Shown piece by piece: positions 9,275-19,281 of a DNA stretch of 64,000 nt. Below the pieces are notes generated by a model that saw only the letters and a list, made by a program, of their open reading frames with translations, was not told the origin of the DNA and ran no database searches. The stretch is from Phycisphaerae bacterium (GTDB lineage: Bacteria; Planctomycetota; Phycisphaerae; UBA1845; Fen-1342). The number at the start of each line of letters is the position of its first letter. Position 1 is the first letter of the stretch. The stretch covers positions 1-64,000 of the forward strand of contig CAXXWX010000021.1 in NCBI GenBank assembly GCA_963675745.2, written 5' to 3'. The translations under genes were made by a program, and so were the position numbers.

Positions 9275-10753
9275 TTGCCGAACCATCGATTCACCGTCTG
9301 CCGCGCGGAGTACCTTCTGCCCCTGGCCGACCCGGACCGCGGCCAGCGCATCCGCGACGGTTATGTGTTGGCCGAGGGGGAGACGATCACGGAGGTCGGC
9401 CCATATACGCCCGACACCGGAGCGCGTTTGTTGCGTGATTTGGGGGCGGAGCTGCTTATCCTCGGAGCCCCGGGCTCGGACGATCCGATTCCATGCCAGC
9501 GCGGCGTGTTGCTGCCCGCGTTCGTCAAGGCCCACGGCCATGACCACGAACAGCCGATCATTGGAATCGCCAAAGATGAACCGCTGACCTCGTGGCTGGA
9601 TCACGCCGTAAACCCGTTCACCGGGTTCATCAACAAACACAAGGACCGGCTGACCGAGGAACTGGGTTGCTCGCCCCAGCTTGCGACCTACCGCATGGCC
9701 CGGCTCTGCGATATCCACTATGGAATCACCGCGAGCATGGTCCACCACTGCAACCATAACAAGCACCATGTGGCGGAAGTGGCGCAGGCCAACGAGGCGG
9801 CGGGGACGACGATGATCGTCGCCATCGGTGGACAGGACCGCAACTACGTGCGCGAGCTGCTCGATCGTCCGGAGGATGCGCTGGGTCGGCTGGATGCGGC
9901 GTTGGCCATCGAGGGGCTCGAACGCACCAGCTTCTGCCCCGGCCCCGACCAGCTCTTCTCGAACAGCCGCGATATCCTGGTTCCCTTGAAGGCGTGGGCC
10001 CGTGAACACGACACGCTGTTTCACGTACACAGCGCGGAGGAGCCCAAAACCACCCGCTGGTTCATCGATGAGATCGAGCCGGGCATGACCCCGGTGGAGT
10101 TCGCCGAGTCCATCGGCATTCTCGACGCGAACACGGTGTTGGCCCATCAGGTCAACTGCGGTCCGCGCGATGTGGAAATCCTGGCCCGCACCGGTGCCAA
10201 AGTCGTACACAATCCCCTGGCCAACACCATTCTTGGCTCGGGTATGCCGCCGTTGATCGAGATGCTCGCGGCGGGCATCCCGGTGGCCGTTTCCACCGAT
10301 GGCTCGGGTTCCGCGGACAACCAGAATATCCTGGCCGCCGCCCGCCTGGCGGCTCAATACCAGAAAGCCCGTCACCAGGACGCGACGCTGCTGCCCGCGC
10401 GGCGGCTTCTGGAGATGATCACGGCCGTGCCGGCCCGCATGTTGCGCCTCAACCAGGGCGAGCTGGCACCCGGTCGCCAGGCCGATTGGATTGTGGTCGA
10501 TCTGGCGAAGCCCAACCTGGTGCCCACGCGTATCGACAACGTGATGGAGAATCTCATCTGGGCGGCGGATGGCAGTGAGGTCGATACGGTGGTGGCGCGC
10601 GGTCGCGTGCTGAAGGAGCGCGGGAACATCCTCCCGTTCCTGGACGGCAGCACGCCGCAGGAAATCATGGCCGCGGTCCAGATTCTCTCGGAGCGTTTCC
10701 TCGAGTATCAGTCGGCCGCTCCGGAGATCAGCGGTACCGGCGCCCACAGGTAA
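9275..10753 (+). CDS. Metal-dependent amidohydrolase/deaminase (SsnA / purine-deaminase-like)
   Basis: LPAFVKAHGH, HVHSAEE, VLAHQV, VVHNPLAN, STDG, GELAPGRQADWIVVD. Confidence 0.85.
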   Translation: MPNHRFTVCRAEYLLPLADPDRGQRIRDGYVLAEGETITEVGPYTPDTGARLLRDLGAELLILGAPGSDDPIPCQRGVLLPAFVKAHGHDHEQPIIGIAKDEPLTSWLDHAVNPFTGFINKHKDRLTEELGCSPQLATYRMARLCDIHYGITASMVHHCNHNKHHVAEVAQANEAAGTTMIVAIGGQDRNYVRELLDRPEDALGRLDAALAIEGLERTSFCPGPDQLFSNSRDILVPLKAWAREHDTLFHVHSAEEPKTTRWFIDEIEPGMTPVEFAESIGILDANTVLAHQVNCGPRDVEILARTGAKVVHNPLANTILGSGMPPLIEMLAAGIPVAVSTDGSGSADNQNILAAARLAAQYQKARHQDATLLPARRLLEMITAVPARMLRLNQGELAPGRQADWIVVDLAKPNLVPTRIDNVMENLIWAADGSEVDTVVARGRVLKERGNILPFLDGSTPQEIMAAVQILSERFLEYQSAAPEISGTGAHR

Positions 10754-10825
10754 TCCGCGCCGGGCTGCCGACGTCGGCTGCGTTCCGCGGGCGGGAGTCT
10801 GCCGAGTGTGGCAGGAGCGGCTGTC

Positions 10826-11413
10826 ATGTACGTCACCGGGATCTTGCTCGCCGCCGGGATGTCTACTCGAATGGGGACCGACAAACTGCTACTGCGTTAC
10901 AAGGGCGAGCCGGTTCTCAACCGGTCGCTGGCCCCGCTGATCGAGTCTCCTCTGCTCAGCGAGGTTGTAGTCGTGGTCAACCCGAGCGCCGCGCTGCCGA
11001 TCGATCGAGCCGGTTGCACGGTTGTTGTCAATCCTGACGCACACCGTGGTTTGGCGTCTTCATTGCGGGCCGGCGTAATGGCCGCGTCCGAGCTGGCGGA
11101 TGCCTACCTCGTTGCCCTGGCGGACATGCCGGCGATCAGCGCGGCGTTGATCGCCACTCTGGTCGAGGCCTACCGCCGATCCGGCAAGAAAATCCTGGTG
11201 CCGGTGTACGAGGGGCGTAACGGCCATCCGGTGATTTTCGGCTCAGAGTGCAAGCAGCGGCTGCTGCGGCTCGAGGGGGATGTCGGGGGACGCGCGATTA
11301 TTCGCGAGAACGCGGAGATAGTGGAGTGCATGCCGGTGGATGATTCCGGCGTGGTGTTCGATATTGACACGCCCGAAGACCTGGGCGATGGTCCGGTTCG
11401 CTCGCGAGCATGA
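10826..11413 (+). CDS. mocA: Molybdenum cofactor cytidylyltransferase-like NTP transferase
   Basis: GILLAAGMSTRMGTDKLLL, LADMP, GHPVIF, GDVGGR, FDIDTPED; located in the Mo-hydroxylase cluster. Confidence 0.8.
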   Translation: MYVTGILLAAGMSTRMGTDKLLLRYKGEPVLNRSLAPLIESPLLSEVVVVVNPSAALPIDRAGCTVVVNPDAHRGLASSLRAGVMAASELADAYLVALADMPAISAALIATLVEAYRRSGKKILVPVYEGRNGHPVIFGSECKQRLLRLEGDVGGRAIIRENAEIVECMPVDDSGVVFDIDTPEDLGDGPVRSRA

Positions 11414-11434
11414 CTGGAGCAGCGCACGTTAACC

Positions 11435-12232
11435 ATGCATACAAAAGTGCTGATTAAAGGTGCCGGCGAACACGCTTCAGGAACCGCTCATCGCCTGTTC
11501 CGCTGCGGTTTTCGCGTGGTCATGACCGATATCGAGCATCCGACGGCTGTCCGGCGCGCCGTGTCCTTCAGTTCCGCCGTCTATCAGAAGGAGATCACCG
11601 TCGAGGGCGTTACGGGCGTTGCATACACGCTCGACGCGGCTGACTCTCTCGGGGGGTTTGACTGGCGACACATTCCGGTTTTCGTTGACCCCGCGGCCCA
11701 ACTCGTGAAGCTGTGGAAACCGGATGTGCTGATCGACGGCCGCATTTTGAAGGAGCGGCGCGACAGCCGGATCGACGATGCACCCCTGGTCATCGGGTAC
11801 GGCCCCGCGCTGGTGGCCGGCCGGGACGCGCACTTCATTGTGGAGACCAGCCGGGGCCACGATCTGGGGCGGATCATCAGCGAGGGAACCGCCGCTCCGG
11901 ACACGGGAGTGCCTGGCGCGATCGGCGGCTATACAGTCGAGCGCGTGCTCAGGGCGCCGGCGGACGGAACTTTGTGCACGAAGCGGGATATCGGCGATCA
12001 AGTGAAAGCCGGTGAGCGAATCGCTACCGTCGGCGACTGCGACATCACCGCCGCCATTCCCGGCGTTATTCGCGGCCTGCTGCTGGACGGCTCCACCGTC
12101 ATTGCGAACCAGAAACTGGGAGACATCGATCCGCGTGGCGTGCGCTCATACTGCTACACATTGTCCGACAAGACCAGGACCATCAGCGGCGCGGCCCTGG
12201 AGATCATCCTCTCCTGCATCAATCGCCGGTGA
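11435..12232 (+). CDS. yqeB: Selenium-dependent molybdenum hydroxylase system protein, YqeB/EF2563 family
   Basis: IKGAGEHASGTAHRL, PTAVRRAVSF, ETSRGHDLGRII, PDTGVPG, GVIRGLL, KLGDIDPRG, SDKTRTISG. Confidence 0.88.
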   Translation: MHTKVLIKGAGEHASGTAHRLFRCGFRVVMTDIEHPTAVRRAVSFSSAVYQKEITVEGVTGVAYTLDAADSLGGFDWRHIPVFVDPAAQLVKLWKPDVLIDGRILKERRDSRIDDAPLVIGYGPALVAGRDAHFIVETSRGHDLGRIISEGTAAPDTGVPGAIGGYTVERVLRAPADGTLCTKRDIGDQVKAGERIATVGDCDITAAIPGVIRGLLLDGSTVIANQKLGDIDPRGVRSYCYTLSDKTRTISGAALEIILSCINRR

Positions 12233-13011
12233 ACCACGTGGCCGCTGACCCGCTACAGACTCGGCTTGTCACCCGCCTCCTGGGTGACGCGGAGCAGCGC
12301 TACATCTTCCTGATCGGCGGCGGCGGCAAGACCACGCTGATGTTCGCGCTCGCCGGGTGGCTTTGTGACAACGGCCGCACCGTCATCACCACGACCAGCA
12401 CGAAGATCCTCCACCCGCCGCGGGAAGTCTCGCCCGCGGTAGTGATCGAAGCCGATATCCGACGACTGATTCCTCGCGCGCGCGAGGCGCTGGCCGACGC
12501 TGCGCACGTAACCATGGCCCGTGCGCGAGTCGCCGGCCACGACAACAAACTCCGCGGCTTTACAGAGCTTGACCTCGACCGACTGCGCGACGCCGGAGTC
12601 GCTGACTGCATCCTCGTTGAAGCCGACGGCGCTGCCGGCCGTTCGCTCAAAGCTCACGGTGATCACGAGCCGGTGGTTTCACCCGGAGCTGATCTGGTAA
12701 TCGCCGTAATTGGCGTCGATTGCATCGGCAAGCCGCTCAATGACGAGCACGTCCATCGCCCCGCGCGCTGCGCTGAGATTCTCGGTTGCGCGGAAGGCAC
12801 GCCCATCACGGCCAATGACATCGCGACACTCTTTTATCATCTGCAGGGGTATCTCAAGACCGTCGGTCCACGGACCGAAGTCGCCGTATTCATCAGCAAG
12901 GTCAAGTCGGCTATCGATCGCGAGAATGCCGACCTGTTGGCGAAAACGCTGCGAGCCGCGGACCGGGACGGGTGTGTTGCGCGAATCGTCATTGGAGATT
13001 TGACGCTGTAG
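12229..13011 (+). CDS. yqeC: Selenium-dependent hydroxylase accessory protein YqeC
   Basis: IGGGGKTTLM, ITTTSTKI, LVEADGAAGRSLKAHGDHEPVV, HVHRP. GTGA overlap with yqeB. Confidence 0.88.
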   Translation: MNHVAADPLQTRLVTRLLGDAEQRYIFLIGGGGKTTLMFALAGWLCDNGRTVITTTSTKILHPPREVSPAVVIEADIRRLIPRAREALADAAHVTMARARVAGHDNKLRGFTELDLDRLRDAGVADCILVEADGAAGRSLKAHGDHEPVVSPGADLVIAVIGVDCIGKPLNDEHVHRPARCAEILGCAEGTPITANDIATLFYHLQGYLKTVGPRTEVAVFISKVKSAIDRENADLLAKTLRAADRDGCVARIVIGDLTL

Positions 13012-13031
13012 CAACTCGCGGGCGCGCGGGC

Positions 13032-13871
13032 TTACGTTCCGTTCTCTGCGAAGTGGAAGTAGATAATGCGGCTCAAGACCTGACGGCGGTAGGCTTCGGT
13101 CGAACGGATGTCGCCGATGGGTGAGATATCCGGTTCCAGCAGGGTGAGTACGTCGGCGGGACTGGTGAGGGGCTGGCCCGCCGCCAATGCCCGCTCCAGC
13201 GTCGGGCAGCGACAGACCGCTGGAGCAACGCTGTTCGCCACCACACGCCAGCCCAGGTCATCCTGCACAACGGCCACGCCGAGCTTGGATATGACCAGCG
13301 CCCGGCGCGCGCCCACTTTCTCGAACCACTCCACGCGGCGCGCACGGCGCGGCAGGCGGATCGCCGTGATCAACTGGTCCGGCCGGCGCACAGACTGCTT
13401 ATACCCGGTGTAGTACGCGCTCAGCGGAACCTCGCTCGTCCCATCGCGCGACTGCAAGACCACCGTGGCGTCGTAAGCCATCAGCACCAACACGCCGTCG
13501 GCGGCTGGCGACCCGTGGCCGATGTTGCCGGCCCACGTGCCGCGCGTCTGAATCTGGATGGAACCGACCAGGCGGGCGGCATCCGCGAGCAGCGGAAACG
13601 CCTGCGCCACCTCATGCGCTTCTATGACCTGCCAGTACGTGGTCAGCCCGCCAAGTTCGAGGCTGTCGTCGGTCAGACGCAAGTTCCGCAATTCGCTCAG
13701 TCGTGACAAGTCGAGCAGCCGCAGGTTGTCCTTGTCAACGCGACTCCAGCCCACAAACAGATCGGTCCCGCCGGCGACAGGCGTCAGCGGGCTCTCGGCG
13801 GAGGCCAGCGCCTCGAGGGCTTCGGACAGACTGGACGGCTGGATCACTTCCACATCAGTCCTCGGTTTCAC
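13032..13871 (-). CDS. FAD-binding (medium) subunit, xanthine dehydrogenase/CoxM family
   Basis: VAGGTDL, VGSIQIQTRGTWAGNI, SPAAD, ISPIGDIRSTEAYRR. Confidence 0.9.
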   Translation of the reverse strand: MKPRTDVEVIQPSSLSEALEALASAESPLTPVAGGTDLFVGWSRVDKDNLRLLDLSRLSELRNLRLTDDSLELGGLTTYWQVIEAHEVAQAFPLLADAARLVGSIQIQTRGTWAGNIGHGSPAADGVLVLMAYDATVVLQSRDGTSEVPLSAYYTGYKQSVRRPDQLITAIRLPRRARRVEWFEKVGARRALVISKLGVAVVQDDLGWRVVANSVAPAVCRCPTLERALAAGQPLTSPADVLTLLEPDISPIGDIRSTEAYRRQVLSRIIYFHFAENGT

Positions 13872-14316
13872 GCCCCAGGGCGCGATTCACACCGGCGATG
13901 ATCGCGTCATATCCCGTACACCGGCACAGGTTTCCAACCATGAGCATGCGCAAAGGGACACCGTCGAGAACTTCCGGGTGTTTGCGCAGCCAGCGCGTCG
14001 TCATGACCACGCCCGGCGTGCAGGCGCCGCACTGTGCCGTACCCGTTGCGTTCATGTCGTCGGCGAGCGAGGCGGCCGCGGACTCGATGGTCTCAACCGA
14101 TCGTCCGGCCACCTGAAAGGCCGGCACCAGGCATGAGGCAACCGGCAGATCGTCGAGCAACACCGTACACGCACCGCACTCGCCCTCGCCACAACCCTCC
14201 TTCGTGCCGGTGCAGCCACAGTCGTAGCGCAGCACGTCCAGCAGGCGGGCGTCCGCCGGCACCGTCCGCACCACCGCCTGGCCGTTGAGCGTAAACGCCA
14301 GTTCGATTTCATCCAT
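13855..14316 (-). CDS. 2Fe-2S (small) subunit, xanthine dehydrogenase/CoxS family
   Basis: GTKEGCGEGECGACTV, QCGACTPG, GNLCRCTGY. Confidence 0.92.
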   Translation of the reverse strand: MDEIELAFTLNGQAVVRTVPADARLLDVLRYDCGCTGTKEGCGEGECGACTVLLDDLPVASCLVPAFQVAGRSVETIESAAASLADDMNATGTAQCGACTPGVVMTTRWLRKHPEVLDGVPLRMLMVGNLCRCTGYDAIIAGVNRALGRETED

Positions 14317-16513
14317 CGGTCTTGCGCTCCAGGTGAGCCATCAGACGTTCAGGCGTCAACGGGATCTGCGTGATGTTGGTGCCCAAAGCGTGGCACACGG
14401 CGTTGATCACGGCCGGCGCCGGCCCGTCCATCGGCAGCTCGCCGATGCCCTTGGCACCGCCCGGGCCGTACGGCGACGGTTGCTCCTCGAAAAACACGCG
14501 AATCGGCGGCAGGTCGGCGCTGGTGGGAATGGTGTAGTTGCTCAATTGCGTGTTGGCCATGGCCCCGTCTTCGAGCACGACATCTTCCGTCAGAGCCCAA
14601 CCGATTCCCTGGGCCACGCCGCCCCGAATCTGCCCGGCGGCTGTCGTCGGGTTCACAACTTTGCCCACCTCCTGCAAAGCTACGAAGTCACGGACGTGAA
14701 CCGTGTACGTACGCAGATCAACTTCGACGTCGGCGACGTATACCGCCCAGGCATAACAGGCGTACGCATCGCCCTGGTGGGTTGCTTCGTCCCACCTGAT
14801 GTGCTCGGGCGTCTTGTATTTCGCGCGCCCGATCAGACGCCGGCCCGGATTGGCCTGGTGCCAGGCCTGGATCGCCTGCGGCAGCGAAGGGCCGCTGGCG
14901 CCGACAATTGAAACCAGATCACCGCACGCCCGCTCGATCAACTTCCCCACGATCATCGTGGTGCGACTGGCCACGGTGGGCCCACTATCGGGCACGCGCG
15001 CGGTATCCGGCTCAACCGCCAGAATCTCATCCTCGCTGACGCCCAGGCTGTCGGCCGCAATCTGCGTCAGAACCGTTCGGGCCCCTTGCCCCATTTCCGT
15101 GTTGGCGGCCAGCAGTTCCACCTTCCCGTCCGCATGCCCCTCGACCCACGCTTCGGACGCCAGCATGGTCTCGCCGCCGCCCGTGAAACCGGCCCCGTGG
15201 AGGAAAGTTGCAAACCCGATGCCGCGGCGCAGATAGGGATGCGCGCCGTTGGTTCGCGCGTATTCCGCACGGCGTTCGGCGTAGGATGCGCGCTTTAGCC
15301 CACCGTCCATCAGTGCCACCAGATCGACGCCATCACGATAAACCTGCCCGGTGGCCATCGTCTGCCCGTCACGCAGCAGGTTGCGCCGGCGCAGCTCGGC
15401 CGGGTCCAGCGCGATCTTCTCGGCGATCACGTCCATGTGCCGCTCGATGGCGAACTCGGTCTGCGGCACGCCGAATCCGCGAAACGCCCCGTAGGGCGGC
15501 GAGTTGGTCAGGCGGGCCTCCCCGTACACGTGCGCGTTCTCGCAGAAGTATGGGCCGGTAGCGTGGATCACGCCGCGACTGAGCACCACGGGGGACATCG
15601 TGGAGTAGGCCCCGCCGTCGAGGATTACCTCAATCTCCATGGCCAACAACCGCCCGTCGTGGTCGACGGCGGTGCGATGACGCACCCAGCTCGGGTGGCG
15701 CTTGGTGCTGGCCGCCATGTCTTCACGCCGGTCGTAGATGATCTTGACCGGTGCCCCGGCCTTCTCAGCCAGCAGGCCCGCGTGGATGGCCAGAACCGAG
15801 GGATAATCTTCCTTGCCACCGAACGCACCGCCGGTGGCGGCCTGGATCACGCGCAGCTCCTCCTGCGATCGGCCAAAGAAGTGGGTCAGCGCCTTGAGCA
15901 CGTAGTAGGGGCATTGCATGCTGCCGCGTACCACCAGGCGCCCGTTCTCACGGTAGGCCAACATTCCGTTCGGCTCGAGGTAGGCGTGCTCCTGGGCGCC
16001 TGTCTGATACCACCCTTCGATCACGTGAGCGGCACGGGCGAAAGCCGACTTCGGATCACCCTTGTGAATATCAACGCGCTTGAACACGTTGTCCCCGCCG
16101 TACTGGATGAGCTCCGGCGTCAACGGCTGCCTGGGATCCAGAATGGCGGGCAGCGGTTCATACTCGATACGGACCGACCGCAGGGCCCGCCGTAGCGCAC
16201 GCACCGAACGGTGGGCGATCAGCACGACGGCCTCATGCCGGTGGTGGAACTCTGAGGCCACCAGTGCCGGTTGATCATTCACAATGTGGGCGACTTCGTT
16301 CGGTCCCGGGATGTCCCGGTGATCGACAATCACGTATTCGTTCCAGTTGACGCTGGGATCGAAGTGGATGCCCGTGATCCGGCCGCGGGCGGCCGGTGTG
16401 CGAATTGTGCCGCCGTGCAGGACGCCCTCCAACTGGATGTCATCGACATAGCGTGTGGCGCCGCGGAGCTTCTCGGGCCCGTCCACCCGTGGAATGTCCG
16501 CACCAATTCCCAT
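14309..16513 (-). CDS. Molybdopterin-binding (large) subunit, xanthine dehydrogenase family
   Basis: QEHAYLEP, GGAFGGKED, AFRGFGVPQ, EMGQG, TVASRTT, GAKGIGE. Confidence 0.92.
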   Translation of the reverse strand: MGIGADIPRVDGPEKLRGATRYVDDIQLEGVLHGGTIRTPAARGRITGIHFDPSVNWNEYVIVDHRDIPGPNEVAHIVNDQPALVASEFHHRHEAVVLIAHRSVRALRRALRSVRIEYEPLPAILDPRQPLTPELIQYGGDNVFKRVDIHKGDPKSAFARAAHVIEGWYQTGAQEHAYLEPNGMLAYRENGRLVVRGSMQCPYYVLKALTHFFGRSQEELRVIQAATGGAFGGKEDYPSVLAIHAGLLAEKAGAPVKIIYDRREDMAASTKRHPSWVRHRTAVDHDGRLLAMEIEVILDGGAYSTMSPVVLSRGVIHATGPYFCENAHVYGEARLTNSPPYGAFRGFGVPQTEFAIERHMDVIAEKIALDPAELRRRNLLRDGQTMATGQVYRDGVDLVALMDGGLKRASYAERRAEYARTNGAHPYLRRGIGFATFLHGAGFTGGGETMLASEAWVEGHADGKVELLAANTEMGQGARTVLTQIAADSLGVSEDEILAVEPDTARVPDSGPTVASRTTMIVGKLIERACGDLVSIVGASGPSLPQAIQAWHQANPGRRLIGRAKYKTPEHIRWDEATHQGDAYACYAWAVYVADVEVDLRTYTVHVRDFVALQEVGKVVNPTTAAGQIRGGVAQGIGWALTEDVVLEDGAMANTQLSNYTIPTSADLPPIRVFFEEQPSPYGPGGAKGIGELPMDGPAPAVINAVCHALGTNITQIPLTPERLMAHLERKTDG

Positions 16514-16699
16514 CCTGCGACTCCTCGACTGACACTGATATTAGAGCATAACCCGGTAGTATGCCGCACGAAAGAGAGCACGCGGTCCGAGCGCTGGAAC
16601 AATCCCTGACCTGGGGCGTCAAACCTTCACAACCGACCGACTTGGGTTAACATGATCGTGGGTCTGTTCTTCATTCCGTCGCAACACAAGGAGCATGCG

Positions 16700-18754
16700 A
16701 TGAATCCACGGCTCATCGGCTTTTTTGTCGCTTTGGCCGCAACGACCGGCGCGCTCGCTCAGCAGTCGCCGACCGACATTGACGTCACCCGCGTGGCGAT
16801 TTTCTCCAGCGGTGTGGCGTTCTTCGAGTGCGATGGCAGCGTCGTGGATAATGCCTCCGTCGAGCTCAAGTTCCGCACCGACCAGATCAACGACATCCTC
16901 AAGTCGCTGGTCGTGCAGGATTATGACGGCGGCAGCATCAGCGTCGTCAGCTACGCCTCGCGCGATCCGGTCGAGAAGACGCTCAAGAGCTTCGCGGTCG
17001 ACATCACCGGCAAGCCCACTTTCGGCCAACTGCTTGACCAACTGCGCGGCGAACCCGTCAGCATCGCCGGCCCGCGCAAGATGACCGGCGTGATCGTCGG
17101 CGTCGAGTCGACAACCCGCGTGGTCGACGACCAGGTAATCGAAACCCAGTATGTCAATGTGCTGACGGACGACGGCATGCAGGCCTTGCCGATCCACGAG
17201 CTCACCGGCGTGGAGCTGACGAACCCGAAGATCGCCCACGAGCTTCAGGCCGCCCTGGCCACTCTCGCCGCCGGCCGTGACGCCGACAAGAAGACCGTGG
17301 TCATCAACTTCGACGGTCAGGGTCGCCGACGCGTGCGGGCGATGTATCTGCTCGAAGCCCCGATCTGGAAAACGAGCTATCGGCTGGTGCTCTCAGATGA
17401 GGAAGAGCCATATTTGCAGGGCTGGGCCACGGTTGAAAACGCGACCGAAGAAGATTGGGACAACGTGCAGTTGTCGCTCGTCTCGGGTCGGCCGATTTCA
17501 TTCCGGATGGACCTCTACACGCCGCTGTACGTGCCGCGTCCGGTCGAAGAGTTGGAGCTCTACGCCTCGTTGCGGCCGCCGACGTTCGCCGGCGCGTTTG
17601 AGATGGAGGCCGACGCCAATGGGGACGGACTGCGGGACAAGTCGGTGCCCGCCGCGGCGCGGCGTATGCCGTCGCGTGGGCGAATGGCGGCTAAATCTCC
17701 CATGGTGCTGCTGGAAACTCCCTCAGCGGGAGATGCCATGTTGGGCGAGGGGTTCATCCCCGCCGCCGGCGGCGTCGCGTCGGTTGCGGCGGCTGAGGAA
17801 GCCGGCGAGCTGTTCCAGTACGTGCTCACCGAGCCGGTCACGATCGCGCGCCAGCATTCCGCCATGCTGCCGATCGTCACGCAGGACGTAACCGCCGAGA
17901 AGGTCAGCATCTTTAACGCCAACACGCACCCCAAGCACCCCATGAACGGTCTGATGCTGGATAACTCCACCGGTCTGAGCCTGATGCAGGGGCCCATCAC
18001 GGTTTTCGACGGCGGCATCTACGCCGGTGACGCCAAGCTGCCCGATCTCCAGCCCGGCGAGAAACGTCTGCTGGCCTACGCCCTCGATCTGCCGGTCGAA
18101 GTCGCCACCAAGCAGGATTATGTCGAGAACGAAGTTCGCCTGCGCATCGTCAAGGGCACGCTCTATCGCCAGCTCAAGTCCGTCGATCGTCGTGAATACA
18201 CGATCAAGAACAAGGACACCGATGATCGCACCGTCCTGATCGAACAGCCGCAGCCGGCCGGCTGGACTCTGCTCGAGCCGGCGGAGCCGTTCGAAAAGAC
18301 CGCCGACACGCTGAGATTCAAAGTCGCCGTGACGGCGGGTAAGTCGGCGACGCAAAACGTCAGCCTTGAACGCGTTCGCGAAGAATCGGTGTCCCTGGGC
18401 AACGTGGGCCTTGACCACATTCGCATTTATCTGCGCAGCCGCGTGATTTCACCGGCACTCAAGGAGCAGATGCAGCGCATCATCGCGATGCGCACCGAGC
18501 TGGACCGTATCGGTGCCGAGCGCAACGAAGCCGAGCGCAAGGCACAGACGGCGGTCGAAGACCAGGAGCGCATTCGTCGCAATCTCGAAACCCTGCGCGG
18601 CAACACCGACCAGCACACACGCCAACTGCGCAAGTTCGACGAATTCGAAGACCAGATCGAGCAATGGCGCGCCCGCGTTGACGAGCTGGCCAGGCAGGAG
18701 CAGGAGAAGCGTCAGGCCCTCGAGGACTATCTCCTGGGGCTGAATGTGGAATGA
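16700..18754 (+). CDS. Secreted DUF4139-type protein with C-terminal coiled coil
   Basis: Signal peptide, VTRVAIFSSGVAFF, INDILKSL, WKTSYRL, LQGWATVEN...DWDNVQLSLVSGRP. Confidence 0.75.
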   Translation: MNPRLIGFFVALAATTGALAQQSPTDIDVTRVAIFSSGVAFFECDGSVVDNASVELKFRTDQINDILKSLVVQDYDGGSISVVSYASRDPVEKTLKSFAVDITGKPTFGQLLDQLRGEPVSIAGPRKMTGVIVGVESTTRVVDDQVIETQYVNVLTDDGMQALPIHELTGVELTNPKIAHELQAALATLAAGRDADKKTVVINFDGQGRRRVRAMYLLEAPIWKTSYRLVLSDEEEPYLQGWATVENATEEDWDNVQLSLVSGRPISFRMDLYTPLYVPRPVEELELYASLRPPTFAGAFEMEADANGDGLRDKSVPAAARRMPSRGRMAAKSPMVLLETPSAGDAMLGEGFIPAAGGVASVAAAEEAGELFQYVLTEPVTIARQHSAMLPIVTQDVTAEKVSIFNANTHPKHPMNGLMLDNSTGLSLMQGPITVFDGGIYAGDAKLPDLQPGEKRLLAYALDLPVEVATKQDYVENEVRLRIVKGTLYRQLKSVDRREYTIKNKDTDDRTVLIEQPQPAGWTLLEPAEPFEKTADTLRFKVAVTAGKSATQNVSLERVREESVSLGNVGLDHIRIYLRSRVISPALKEQMQRIIAMRTELDRIGAERNEAERKAQTAVEDQERIRRNLETLRGNTDQHTRQLRKFDEFEDQIEQWRARVDELARQEQEKRQALEDYLLGLNVE

Positions 18755-18759
18755 TGCGG

Positions 18760-18869
18760 GAATGCAGAATGCGGAATGAGGAATGGAGAATGAAGAAACG
18801 CGCCGGCGACAACTAGACGCCGGATCGCCGGTTTCTGCATTCCTCATTCTTCATTCTGCATTCTCATTC
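18760..18869. repeat. Inverted pair of GAATGNN heptamer arrays forming a hairpin between convergent genes
   Basis: Five GAATGNN units (18760-18794) plus GAAAC face GTTTC plus about five NNCATTC units (18836-18869). Confidence 0.85.
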
Positions 18870-19223
18870 CGGTTCCGGCAATTGCAGTGCATGCCCTTCG
18901 GCCTGCGGAATGTAGTATACCTCGTGTTCCTTGGAATAGCGGGCCCGCATGATGGTGAAGTCCTGGGTCTCGTCGTTCCATAGCACCAGCGGTCCGCCAC
19001 GGCCGCCAAGGTGCTTGAAGCGCGTGGGGTCGGACATTCGCTCGCCGAGTTGGCGCGCGGTGAAGCGGAATACCTGGCCGGTCGTGGCGCACATCCACGT
19101 CGTCGCCGTGTCATCGGTGTCCGGGATGTCGCTGGCCTCTGGTCCGCCGAAACGCCAGGCCGCAATGGCGGCGGCGGCGACCAGGAGCACGAACAGAAGG
19201 CCGAGTCGGATGTTCGGGTGCAC
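18864..19223 (-). CDS. Small membrane-anchored hypothetical protein downstream of the prepilin gene
   Basis: N-terminal hydrophobic helix, co-oriented with the prepilin-type gene; no family recognised. Confidence 0.6.
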   Translation of the reverse strand: MHPNIRLGLLFVLLVAAAAIAAWRFGGPEASDIPDTDDTATTWMCATTGQVFRFTARQLGERMSDPTRFKHLGGRGGPLVLWNDETQDFTIMRARYSKEHEVYYIPQAEGHALQLPEPE

Positions 19224-19281
19224 TATTTCGGTTTCCTAACGTGGGTGTGCATGGGCAAGCGCGGCTTGGCCGTGTGGCGCG

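Noticed and set aside
9254..10747. 497-aa - strand ORF
   Set aside because: Antisense mirror of the amidohydrolase, typical of high-GC codon bias.
11411..12232. Selenocysteine read-through in the selenium cluster
   Set aside because: The TGA codons fall at the natural ends of mocA and yqeB (the latter overlapping the yqeC start), and this system uses non-Sec selenium.
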